From Megasphaera elsdenii DSM 20460 (GTDB taxonomy: Bacteria > Bacillota > Negativicutes > Veillonellales > Megasphaeraceae), in assembly GCF_003010495.1 (NCBI RefSeq), contig NZ_CP027570.1, positions 2,040,001-2,072,000 of the forward strand: DNA of 32,000 bases, read 5' to 3'. The translations under genes were made by a program, and so were the position numbers. Below the pieces are notes generated by a model, which worked only from the letters and a program-made list of their open reading frames with translations, ran no database searches and was not told the DNA's origin. Shown here piece by piece: positions 1 to 7,170 of this stretch (position 1 is its first letter; each line of letters opens with the position of its first letter).

Positions 1-1
1 C

Positions 2-160
2 ACCGGTCAGAAAGGCCGTTATGTACCGCTGAAAGAAACTATCGAAGGCTTCAAGGAAATCTTGTCCGGTAAATGCGATGACATGCCGGAACAGGCCTTC
101 TACATGGTCGGCAATATCGAAGAAGCATACGAAAAGGCTAAGACACTGAAAGGGGAATAG
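2..160 (+). CDS. atpD: F1 ATP synthase beta subunit, C-terminal fragment (5' end lies outside the window)
   Basis: The frame is open from the left edge and stops at TAG 158-160. The translation ...[48 protein letters not shown] has the conserved F1-beta C-terminus. atpC starts 3 nt later. Confidence 0.8.
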   Translation, partial: TGQKGRYVPLKETIEGFKEILSGKCDDMPEQAFYMVGNIEEAYEKAKTLKGE

Positions 161-163
161 TCT

Positions 164-586
164 ATGGCAGAAGCAGGAAAGACACTCCATCTGGAAGTCA
201 TTACACCCGATGCTGCCGTACTCCATGAAGACGTGGATTTCGTCCTCGTCCGCGCCCTGGACGGTGACCTGGGCATCATGCCCAACCATGCGCCGCTCAT
301 CGCGTCCCTGTCGATCTGGCCCTTGTGCTATGACAAAGGCGGAAAGCGCCAGTACGTCACCGTAGCGTCGGGATTCCTGGAAGTCCATGACAATACGGTC
401 ACGGTCATCACGCCGGCTTCGGAAAAACCGGAGGACATCGACGTAGACCGTGCCAAATCGGCGGAAAAACGCGCCGAAGACCGCCTGGCTGCACACGCTG
501 CCGACATCGACACGGCCCGCGCCGAAGCGGCCCTGCAAAGAGCCCTGCGCCGCCTGGATGTCGCCGAAAAATACGGCAAGCAATAA
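164..586 (+). CDS. atpC: F1 ATP synthase epsilon subunit
   Basis: 140 aa. LHLEVITPD...LVRALDGDLGIMPNHAPLIASL is the epsilon beta-sandwich and the C-terminus is helical (AEKRAEDRLAA...). It sits in the canonical position after atpD. Confidence 0.93.
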   Translation: MAEAGKTLHLEVITPDAAVLHEDVDFVLVRALDGDLGIMPNHAPLIASLSIWPLCYDKGGKRQYVTVASGFLEVHDNTVTVITPASEKPEDIDVDRAKSAEKRAEDRLAAHAADIDTARAEAALQRALRRLDVAEKYGKQ

Positions 587-590
587 AGTC

Positions 591-672
591 AGGTTTGATG
601 TTGAAAGTTTGATGTTTGATGAAGAATGTTTTAAATTTAAAAGCCCTCACGTCAAACATCATACATCAAACC
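591..672. repeat. Long imperfect hairpin built from GTTTGAT-type heptad arms, with no cargo
   Basis: Left arm 593-627 is GTTTGAT GTTGAAA GTTTGAT GTTTGAT GAAGAAT. Right arm 644-671 is its inverse (CCCTCAC GTCAAAC ATCATAC ATCAAAC). The apical loop TTTTAAATTTAAAA is palindromic. A 17-nt stretch AACATCATACATCAAAC is identical to the right arm at 15386-15402. Confidence 0.75.
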
Positions 673-673
673 T

Positions 674-708
674 AAAAAGGAGCTGTCTCTTAAGACGGCT
701 CCTTTTTA
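674..708 (+). terminator. Rho-independent terminator of the atp operon
   Basis: Stem GGAGCTGTC (679-687) pairs with GACGGCTCC (694-702), including one G-U pair. It is followed by TTTTT (703-707) and preceded by an A-run. Confidence 0.8.
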
Positions 709-737
709 TTGACTTTTTCCTCTATCTCTGCTATGAT
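709..737 (+). promoter_or_regulatory. Sigma-70-type promoter for the glyQS leader
   Basis: TTGACT (709-714), a 17-nt spacer, then TATGAT (732-737). Confidence 0.55.
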
Positions 738-743
738 AGGGGA

Positions 744-968
744 CGTACAAATACATAGGCGATGCAGGAGAGTAAGTACGTATCATCCTCAGCGAAGCAG
801 GGACAGTGTGAGCCTGCTGCCGATGCGGAAGGCGCTCTGAAGGCCGCGGCCGGAAGTCTTTTGATGTGTATGGCCGGTGAATCAAGCGGGTCTTTCGACC
901 AACCAGGGTGGAACCGCGGGTAAGTATACTCGTCCCTGTAACATGTCATGTGTTACAGGGACTTTTTT
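744..968 (+). promoter_or_regulatory. T-box riboswitch leader (glycine specifier) with intrinsic terminator
   Basis: Stem I motifs are present: GGAGAGTA, distal-loop-like AGTGTGAGC, and a candidate specifier GAA-GGC-G (GGC 831-833). The T-box core is CAGGGTGGAACCGCG (904-918). The terminator stem 933-943/951-961 is followed by T6 (963-968). It lies directly upstream of glyQ. Confidence 0.85.
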
Positions 969-987
969 GTATTTAGGAGGGAACAAG

Positions 988-1866
988 ATGAATTTTCAAG
1001 ACATGATATTTGCATTGAAGAGCTTTTGGTCTTCTCAGGGCTGTATCATCTATGAACCGTATGATGTAGAAAAAGGGGCAGGGACCATGAACCCGGCTAC
1101 GTTCCTGCGCACGCTCGGACCGGAACCGTGGCATGTCGCTTACGTCGAACCGTCGCGCCGCCCGGCTGACGGCCGTTATGGTGACAACCCGAACCGCCTG
1201 TACCAGCATCATCAGTTCCAGGTCATTTGCAAACCGTCGCCGGACAACATCCAGGAACTCTATTTGAAGAGTTTGGAAACACTGGGCATCAACCCGGCCG
1301 AACACGACATCCGCTTCGTCGAAGATAACTGGGAATCGCCGACCCTCGGCGCCTGGGGCCTGGGCTGGGAAGTCTGGCTCGACGGCATGGAAGTCACGCA
1401 GTTCACCTATTTCCAGCAGGTCGGCGGCATCGACGTCGCTCCGGTCTCGTCGGAAATCACATACGGCATGGAACGCCTGGCTATGTACATCCAGGGCGTC
1501 GAAAATGTCTATGACCTCAAATGGAATGAAGACGTCACCTACGGCGATATCTTCCATCAGAACGAAGTCGAACAGTCGACGTATGCTTTTGAATTGAGCA
1601 ATGCCGACCTCTTGTTCCACCTCTTCGATGAATACGAAAAAGAAGCGATGCGGGTCATCAAAGCCGGCTTCGTCCTTCCGGCTTATGACTACGTATTGAA
1701 ATGCTCGCACACGTTCAACCTCCTCGACGCCCGCGGCGCCATCAGCGTCAGCGAACGAGCTGCTTTCATCGGCCGCGTCCGCAACATGGCCCGGGCCTGC
1801 GCCAAAGCGTACTTGGAACAGCGTGAAAAATTAGGCTTCCCGATGCTTAACAAGGAGGAAAAATAA
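988..1866 (+). CDS. glyQ: Glycine--tRNA ligase alpha subunit
   Basis: ATG at 988 lies 7 nt after [25 protein letters not shown]...[28 protein letters not shown] is highly conserved GlyQ. The upstream part of the 877 ORF overlaps the T-box and is not coding. Confidence 0.95.
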   Translation: MNFQDMIFALKSFWSSQGCIIYEPYDVEKGAGTMNPATFLRTLGPEPWHVAYVEPSRRPADGRYGDNPNRLYQHHQFQVICKPSPDNIQELYLKSLETLGINPAEHDIRFVEDNWESPTLGAWGLGWEVWLDGMEVTQFTYFQQVGGIDVAPVSSEITYGMERLAMYIQGVENVYDLKWNEDVTYGDIFHQNEVEQSTYAFELSNADLLFHLFDEYEKEAMRVIKAGFVLPAYDYVLKCSHTFNLLDARGAISVSERAAFIGRVRNMARACAKAYLEQREKLGFPMLNKEEK

Positions 1867-1867
1867 G

Positions 1868-3916
1868 ATGAGCAAAGATTTGTTACTTGAAATCGGTACT
1901 GAAGAAATCCCGGCTCATTATATGCCGAGTATCCTGTCCCAGGTCAAGGACCTGGCCGGGAAATCCTTTGGCGAAGCCCATATCGCCTACGAATCGATCC
2001 GTACCCTCGGTACGCCGCGCCGCATCGCCCTCATCATGAAGGGCGTCGCTGAAAAACAGGCCGACGTATCGGCTAAACATAAAGGCCCGTCGGTCAAGAT
2101 CGCTTACGACGCCGACGGCAATCCGACCAAAGCCGCCATGGGTTTTGCCCGGGGTCAGAAAATCGACGTCAAGGACCTCGTCGTCGAAGACGGCTATGTC
2201 TATGCCAACGTCACCAGTGTCGGCGCTGACACAGCCGGCCTCTTGCCGGACCTTATGAAGGGTATCGTCACGGGCCTCAATTTCCCCAAGAGCATGCACT
2301 GGGGCAGCCTGGACTTCCACTTCGTCCGTCCTATCCGCTGGTTCGTCGCACTCTTCGATAAAGACGTCATCCCCTTTGAACTGGCCAACGTCAAGTCGGG
2401 CAAGGTCAGCCGCGGCCACCGCTTCCTGGGCACGGGTGATTTCGAAATCGAAAGCCCGGCAGCTTACGAAGAAACGTGCAAAGAACACTTCCTCATCGTC
2501 GACCCGGAAGTCCGCAAACAGATGATCCTCGACGGCTTGCAGAAGCTGGCTGACGAAAAGGGCGGTACCATCATCATGGACGACGACCTCTTGGAAGAAG
2601 TCGTCTACCTCGTCGAATATCCGACAGCTCTCTGCGGCGAATTTGATGAAGATTACCTGAAACTGCCGGAAGCGGCCATCATCACGCCGATGAAGGACCA
2701 CCAGCGTTATTTCCCTATGCGCGATAAAGACGGCAAGCTCATGAACCTCTTCCTGACCGTCCGCAACGGCAACGATTACCATCTGGAAACGGTCCAGCAC
2801 GGCAACGAACGCGTCCTCCGCGCCCGCCTGGATGATGCCAAGTTCTTCTTTGAAGAAGATAAGAAACATCACCTCGTCGATTACACGGAAAAACTGAAGA
2901 AAATCGTCTTCCAGGATGGCCTGGGCACGCTTTACGACAAAGCCCAGCGCCTGGAAAAGATTACGGTCTTCCTCAATCATAAACTCGACCTCGGCCTGGA
3001 CGATGCCAAATTACAGCGCGCTTCGCTCCTGGCGAAAGCCGACCTGGCTACGCAGATGGTCATGGAATTTACGGAACTCCAGGGCGTCATGGGCAAGGAA
3101 TATGCCCTCATCGACGGCGAAGATAAAGGCGTTGCCGAAGCCATCAACGAACAGTACCAGCCGCGTTTTGCCGGTGACGTCCTGCCGCAGACCGACATGG
3201 GCAAGGTCTTGGGTATTGCCGATAAATTCGATACCATTACGGGCATGTTCAGCCGCGGCTTCATTCCGACCGGTTCTCAGGACCCCTTCGCCCTGCGCCG
3301 CCAGACCATCGGTATCCTCAACATCCTCATGGATGCCGGCTGGAACCTCAACTGCCATGAAGTCTTTGCCTTCGTCCTCAGCCTCCTCGGCGTAGAAGGG
3401 GAAGACGCAGCCAAAGTCATGGGCCAGCTCGACGATTACTTCACGCTGCGCCTGAAGAACATCTTCCAGGATAAAGGCATGGATTACCACATCATCGACT
3501 GCGTCCTGGCTTCGGATACGCTCAACGCTTACGAAGAAGCCCGCCGTGCCCAGGCCCTCATCGATGCCGACATCATGGGCAAGACCGACCTCTTGCAGGC
3601 CTTCACCCGCGTCAGCAACATGATCAAAGGCGCCGACAATACCGGCGTCAACCCGGACCTCTTCGAAACAGAAGAAGAAAAAGCCCTCTACAGCGCCTGC
3701 CAGGCTATGCAGGTCAACTTGCCGCAGAAATACGCTGTCTATGACTACGAAGGCGTAGCCGAAGTCCTTTCCGAAGGCATTGCGGCTATCAACGATTTCT
3801 TGGACAACGTCCTGGTCATGCACAAAGATGAAGCTGTCAAAGAAAACCGCCTCCATCTCCTGGCCTTGACGTACAGCCTCATCCAGCCCTTAGGCGACAT
3901 CAAGAAATTGGCGTAA
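1868..3916 (+). CDS. glyS: Glycine--tRNA ligase beta subunit
   Basis: 682 aa, starting 1 nt after the glyQ stop. MSKDLLLEIGTEEIPA... is the typical GlyS N-terminus. Confidence 0.95.
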   Translation: MSKDLLLEIGTEEIPAHYMPSILSQVKDLAGKSFGEAHIAYESIRTLGTPRRIALIMKGVAEKQADVSAKHKGPSVKIAYDADGNPTKAAMGFARGQKIDVKDLVVEDGYVYANVTSVGADTAGLLPDLMKGIVTGLNFPKSMHWGSLDFHFVRPIRWFVALFDKDVIPFELANVKSGKVSRGHRFLGTGDFEIESPAAYEETCKEHFLIVDPEVRKQMILDGLQKLADEKGGTIIMDDDLLEEVVYLVEYPTALCGEFDEDYLKLPEAAIITPMKDHQRYFPMRDKDGKLMNLFLTVRNGNDYHLETVQHGNERVLRARLDDAKFFFEEDKKHHLVDYTEKLKKIVFQDGLGTLYDKAQRLEKITVFLNHKLDLGLDDAKLQRASLLAKADLATQMVMEFTELQGVMGKEYALIDGEDKGVAEAINEQYQPRFAGDVLPQTDMGKVLGIADKFDTITGMFSRGFIPTGSQDPFALRRQTIGILNILMDAGWNLNCHEVFAFVLSLLGVEGEDAAKVMGQLDDYFTLRLKNIFQDKGMDYHIIDCVLASDTLNAYEEARRAQALIDADIMGKTDLLQAFTRVSNMIKGADNTGVNPDLFETEEEKALYSACQAMQVNLPQKYAVYDYEGVAEVLSEGIAAINDFLDNVLVMHKDEAVKENRLHLLALTYSLIQPLGDIKKLA

Positions 3917-4204
3917 TTTCGTGGTTAGTGGCTAGTGGTTCGTCTCGGACTCAGATGCCGCTGCGCGGCGACAAATTCAAATGAACAACGACGCTTCGGG
4001 ATACCCTCAGCGCGTAGCGGGCCGCCTTCACAGGACGGCCCCTACGGATGTAGCGCTGCGCGGCGACAGACTCAGGTGGACAACATCGCCTCGAGTAACC
4101 CTCGGCTCGTAAAAAGCAAACTCTCAGTCAGCAGAGCTGGTCCAATGGGCCGGAGAGGTTGATTGTACCTTCGACGACCCGCCGCGAATCCTGTGATAAA
4201 GCGG
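3917..4204. repeat. Mosaic intergenic repeat block R1 (in the glyS 3' UTR)
   Basis: Contains heptad arm GTGGTTA GTGGCTA GTGGTTC (3921-3944), short hairpins at 3954-3972 and 4048-4067, and the GTAG...CTAC palindrome 4014-4045. Positions 4003-4050 are identical to 10780-10827. A collapsed copy of the 164-nt element (termini only) is at 4117-4161, and a partial inverted REP foot at 4174-4190. Confidence 0.85.
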
Positions 4205-4256
4205 AAATTCCATGGCCAAAAATGAAAAATATGATATAATAATAGGGAGTATTGCA

Positions 4257-4285
4257 GGAGCTGTCTTCACTCGACAGCTCCTTTT
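4257..4285 (+). terminator. Rho-independent terminator (glyQS transcript, downstream of R1)
   Basis: Perfect 9-bp stem GGAGCTGTC (4257-4265) / GACAGCTCC (4273-4281), followed by TTTT. Confidence 0.7.
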
Positions 4286-4313
4286 CCGCACCTACTATAA
4301 AGGAGTGATCATT

Positions 4314-4874
4314 ATGAAATTCAAGAATCTCGTCATGTTGGCTGCTGCCCTTACCTGCATTGCCGGCTCGACAGTTATGGCTGAAGAAAAAGTGAGCATC
4401 AAGAGTGCCAGTGCCGACAGCTATGAAGTCGTCCAGGTCATGACGACAAAAGACAAGAAGTACTATCAGTATTATAACAGCGCCTATCAGTATGCCGTCG
4501 ATATCCCCAGAGCGGCTACGACAGCTGACATGAATGCCGACGGCGACGGCTGCTATTTCCAGGACCCCAAAGACGATGCCGTCTACATGACCTATGCTGC
4601 CAAGAACACCATGGGCTTTACCATCGACGAACTCTACAACATGGCTTTGGGCATGAATGGTTCGCCGACCTTGACGACCAACATCAAGACCAAGAATAGC
4701 TATGCCATCGGCTGGACGGACGGCAAGAAATCCTATTACCACGAACTCTACATCAACGACAAGAACAAGACCTATACGGCCTTCTCCGTCACCTATCCGA
4801 CCAGCAAGAAAGATAAGTACCAGGCCATCATCGCCCACATGTCCCGCAGTTTCATGCCGAACGTACAAATGTAA
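4314..4874 (+). CDS. Hypothetical secreted protein (signal peptide)
   Basis: ATG 4314 lies 8 nt after AGGAG. The N-terminus MKFKNLVMLAAALTCIAGSTVMA/EEK is signal-peptide-like. I recognise no family. The longer 4212 start would run through the terminator hairpin. Confidence 0.7.
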   Translation: MKFKNLVMLAAALTCIAGSTVMAEEKVSIKSASADSYEVVQVMTTKDKKYYQYYNSAYQYAVDIPRAATTADMNADGDGCYFQDPKDDAVYMTYAAKNTMGFTIDELYNMALGMNGSPTLTTNIKTKNSYAIGWTDGKKSYYHELYINDKNKTYTAFSVTYPTSKKDKYQAIIAHMSRSFMPNVQM

Positions 4875-4896
4875 TGGATAATATGGGGAAAACCCC

Positions 4897-4925
4897 TTTA
4901 CAGGACAGTGTCTTTATGGTATAAT
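4897..4925 (+). promoter_or_regulatory. Sigma-70-type promoter for rplS
   Basis: TTTACA (4897-4902), a 17-nt spacer, then TATAAT (4920-4925). Confidence 0.6.
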
Positions 4926-5022
4926 TCCCTTGTTAATTTAGGCAGTCCTCTGTCCGGTAACACGATTGTCGTGAAAGGTGGCGGCAACGGGGGCACGAAT
5001 GTCTTATAGGAGGAAAAAAGAA

Positions 5023-5364
5023 ATGAACATTATCAGCGTACTTGAACAGGAACAGCTTCGTGACGATATCCCGGCATTCCGCCCTGGTGATACAGTCAAA
5101 GTTCACGTAAAGGTTGTCGAAGGCAATCGCGAACGTGTACAGGTTTTTGAAGGTGTCGTTATCGGCCGTCAGAACGGCGGTGTCCGCGAAACTTTCACTG
5201 TCCGCCGCGTTTCCTACGGTGTTGGTGTTGAACGTACTTTCTTAGTACATTCCCCGCGCCTCGCTAAAATCGAAGTCGTTCGCCACGGTATCGTCCGTCG
5301 TGCAAAATTGCACTACCTCCGTGGTCTTACAGGCAAAGCTGCCCGTATCCGCGAACGTCGGTAA
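5023..5364 (+). CDS. rplS: 50S ribosomal protein L19
   Basis: ATG 5023 follows AGGAGG (5009-5014). The product [53 protein letters not shown] is canonical L19. Confidence 0.96.
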   Translation: MNIISVLEQEQLRDDIPAFRPGDTVKVHVKVVEGNRERVQVFEGVVIGRQNGGVRETFTVRRVSYGVGVERTFLVHSPRLAKIEVVRHGIVRRAKLHYLRGLTGKAARIRERR

Positions 5365-5388
5365 TTCATTGGCAAGAACACTTGAAAA

Positions 5389-5433
5389 AGAGGTTGACCT
5401 GCGAAGATGGCTTCGCGGGCCAGCCTCTTTTTT
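5389..5433 (+). terminator. Rho-independent terminator of rplS
   Basis: 17-bp stem GAGGTTGACCTGCGAAG / CTTCGCGGGCCAGCCTC (two G-U pairs, one mismatch), loop ATGG, then T6. Confidence 0.8.
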
Positions 5434-5440
5434 CATGGCT

Positions 5441-5645
5441 CCATCGTAGGGGCCGTCCCAAAGGGCGGCCCGCCGTGCCCAACCTCTCAGTCAGCTGCGC
5501 TGACAGCTCCCCTACAAAGGGAGCCAAAGCCTCTCCTCATAGGCCCTTTTTGGTCCGTCAGGTGCTGACCGCAGGGAAGTGCAAGACGGTTGCCAAAACG
5601 GAGAGCTGAGCTAGAGGTGGCCCGAAGGGCCGGAGAGGTTGGTCT
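5441..5645. repeat. Mosaic intergenic repeat block R2
   Basis: The REP-like hairpin GTAGGGGCCGTCCCAAAGGGCGGCCCGC (5446-5473) is identical to 16679-16706 and 19521-19548. It is followed by a full 164-nt element (5479-5642). Confidence 0.85.
5479..5642. repeat. 164-nt element with 10-bp terminal inverted repeats (full copy a)
   Basis: CCAACCTCTC...GAGAGGTTGG. Internal hairpins include GTCAGC-TGC-GCTGAC, GCTCCC-CTACAAA-GGGAGC, GTCAG-GTG-CTGAC and GGCCC-GAA-GGGCC. It matches 10893-11056 at about nine positions in ten, judged by eye. Confidence 0.8.
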
Positions 5646-5719
5646 TAAACAAATGGGCCATCCTGCGATTCAGGATATCGTGCACTCATATTGTTAACCA
5701 TGATATAAATGAAATTGAG

Positions 5720-5748
5720 TTGACTGCAATCGATGCAGCGAGTATAAT
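5720..5748 (+). promoter_or_regulatory. Sigma-70-type promoter for bioB
   Basis: TTGACT (5720-5725), a 17-nt spacer, then TATAAT (5743-5748). Confidence 0.55.
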
Positions 5749-5790
5749 AATCCCATAGTTTACAAAAACAAAGCAAGGAGTGGGTTGACA

Positions 5791-6786
5791 ATGAACACAA
5801 TAGCTGCACTGACAGATAGCATTATAAAAGGATACCGCATCCAACGCGGTGATGATTTATCGATTTTCCTGGAAGCACCTTTAGAGGAGCTGCAGAAGGG
5901 GGCCGGTGCCTTACAGCGCCATTTTTGTGGCAACCATGTCGATTTCTGTACCATCATCAATGGCCGCAGCGGCCGTTGTGGGGAAGACTGCAAATACTGT
6001 GCTCAGGCGGCCTGCCATCATACGGGCTGTGACGAATACGGTTTCTTGCCGAAAGAAGAAATCATCGCCAACGCCAAGGCCAATCAGGATGCCGGCGCCA
6101 ACCGCTTTGCCATCGTCACGTCCGGCCGGGCGCTGACCGGTGCTGATTTTGAAAAGGCCCTGGATGCATACCGCACGATGAAACAGATCCTGCACATCGA
6201 CCTCTGTGCTTCTCACGGCCTGCTCACGCCGGAACAGCTGCACCGCCTCCATGAAACGGGCGTCACCAGTTACCATCACAACATCGAAACGTCGCGGCGT
6301 TTCTTCCCGCACATCTGTACGACCCACACTTATGACGACCGCATCCGCACCATCAAGGCCGCTCAGAAAGAAGGGCTCTGCGTCTGCTCTGGCGGCATCA
6401 TCGGCATGGGGGAAACCTGGGAAGACCGCCTGGATATGGCCATCAGCCTGGCCGAACTGGGCATCCAATCCATTCCCATCAACGCCCTCATGCCTATTCC
6501 CGGCACGCCCTTGGAACATCGGATCCAACTCGACAGCCGCGACATCTTGCGTACGATTGCTTTCTTCCGCTTCATCAACCCGGAAGCCAACATCCGCCTG
6601 GCAGCAGGCCGCAAACTCCTGCCGGAAAACGGCGCTACGGCTCTCCTCAGCGGCGCGTCGGCTTCCATTACGGGCAACATGCTGACCACATCGGGTTCGA
6701 CCATCGTCGAAGACATGGCCATGCTAAAGCGTCTGGGCCTCAGTAACCAGGACTTGGGCGAAAACAGCATGTGCGGACCGAGATGA
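5791..6786 (+). CDS. bioB: Biotin synthase (radical SAM)
   Basis: Contains the CGEDCKYC radical-SAM cysteine triad, plus ...RFAIVTSGR... and ...CSGGIIGMGET... typical of BioB. I prefer ATG 5791 (RBS AAGGAG at 5774-5779). TTG 5785 is an alternative start. Confidence 0.9.
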   Translation: MNTIAALTDSIIKGYRIQRGDDLSIFLEAPLEELQKGAGALQRHFCGNHVDFCTIINGRSGRCGEDCKYCAQAACHHTGCDEYGFLPKEEIIANAKANQDAGANRFAIVTSGRALTGADFEKALDAYRTMKQILHIDLCASHGLLTPEQLHRLHETGVTSYHHNIETSRRFFPHICTTHTYDDRIRTIKAAQKEGLCVCSGGIIGMGETWEDRLDMAISLAELGIQSIPINALMPIPGTPLEHRIQLDSRDILRTIAFFRFINPEANIRLAAGRKLLPENGATALLSGASASITGNMLTTSGSTIVEDMAMLKRLGLSNQDLGENSMCGPR

Positions 6787-7083
6787 TCGTTGATCGTAGT
6801 TCGTTCGTCGTTCATCGCCTCGGACTCAGATGGCGCTGCGCGCCTTTCGACTCAAACTGATAATGCGTCCTCGGGTATCCCCTGCGGTGCATAGCGGGCG
6901 CCCCACGCGGTCGCCCCTACGATACGGGCGATGCTGCGTAATTATGTAACGATCGCTTTTGGGCGATTATAAAAAAATCCACAGCCGTATCCATGACGAA
7001 CAGCACATGCTTTTCCGGCCTGCGGCGCCGCCAGGCGCCATTTCCCTCGACGAACGATGAACGACCTACGACGAACGATACGC
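6782..7083. repeat. Mosaic repeat block R3: heptad arms bracketing REP-like cargo
   Basis: Left arm GTTGATC GTAGTTC GTTCGTC GTTCATC (6789-6816) starts 3 nt after the bioB stop. The inverted arm GACGAAC GATGAAC GACCTAC GACGAAC (7049-7076) is at the other end. Between them are the short hairpin 6828-6844 and the REP-like hairpin 6893-6920 ending CCCCTAC. Confidence 0.8.
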
Positions 7084-7170
7084 CATCCCCCTAGCCACTC
7101 ATTCTTGTCTATGGTATAATACAAAGGATAAATAAATACATTCAGATAAATTTTCAATGAGGTGATTATC

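Noticed and set aside
674-708. Shared stem sequence GGAGCTGTC between the atp terminator (674-708) and the glyS terminator (4257-4285), as a possible additional repeat family.
   Set aside because: Only ~11 nt are shared, and the loops and flanks differ. Two copies are insufficient to distinguish this from chance among GC-rich terminator stems.
973-1710. Long antisense or off-frame ORFs within genes (973-1710, 1883-2980, 3011-3856, 7258-8250, 8851-10674, 15664-16407, 20169-21293, 21414-22340, 23422-25221, 29324-30115, 31103-31903).
   Set aside because: They are shadow ORFs typical of genes with C-rich third positions. Their products are low-complexity (Asp/Val/Gly/Arg/Phe-rich) with no recognisable family, while the opposite or other frame encodes a clearly conserved protein with a proper RBS.
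3935-4162. ORFs of 60-130 aa lying inside the repeat blocks (3935-4162, 5382-5609, 10901-11110, 10926-11252, 13071-13457, 16274-16576, 30079-30474, 30148-30459 and similar).
   Set aside because: They are translations of palindromic repeat DNA. They have no RBS and Arg/Pro/Gly/Ala-rich products, the same nucleotide modules appear in both orientations and in different frames, and several overlap terminators.
4232-4240. Extended -10 promoter (TGATATAAT) upstream of the 4314 gene.
   Set aside because: There is no acceptable -35, and the terminator hairpin at 4257-4285 lies immediately downstream, so a transcript from here would terminate at once. I left it uncalled.
5692-5725. BirA operator upstream of bioB (TGTTAAC ... 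GTTGACT).
   Set aside because: The half-sites are imperfect and separated by about 20 nt, which is longer than the spacing I recall for BirA sites. The right half is simply the -35 box.
6942-7157. A 71-aa minus-strand ORF between bioB and the pyrophosphatase gene.
   Set aside because: It spans a heptad arm, REP-related sequence and the neighbouring gene's promoter region. It has no RBS and no recognisable product.
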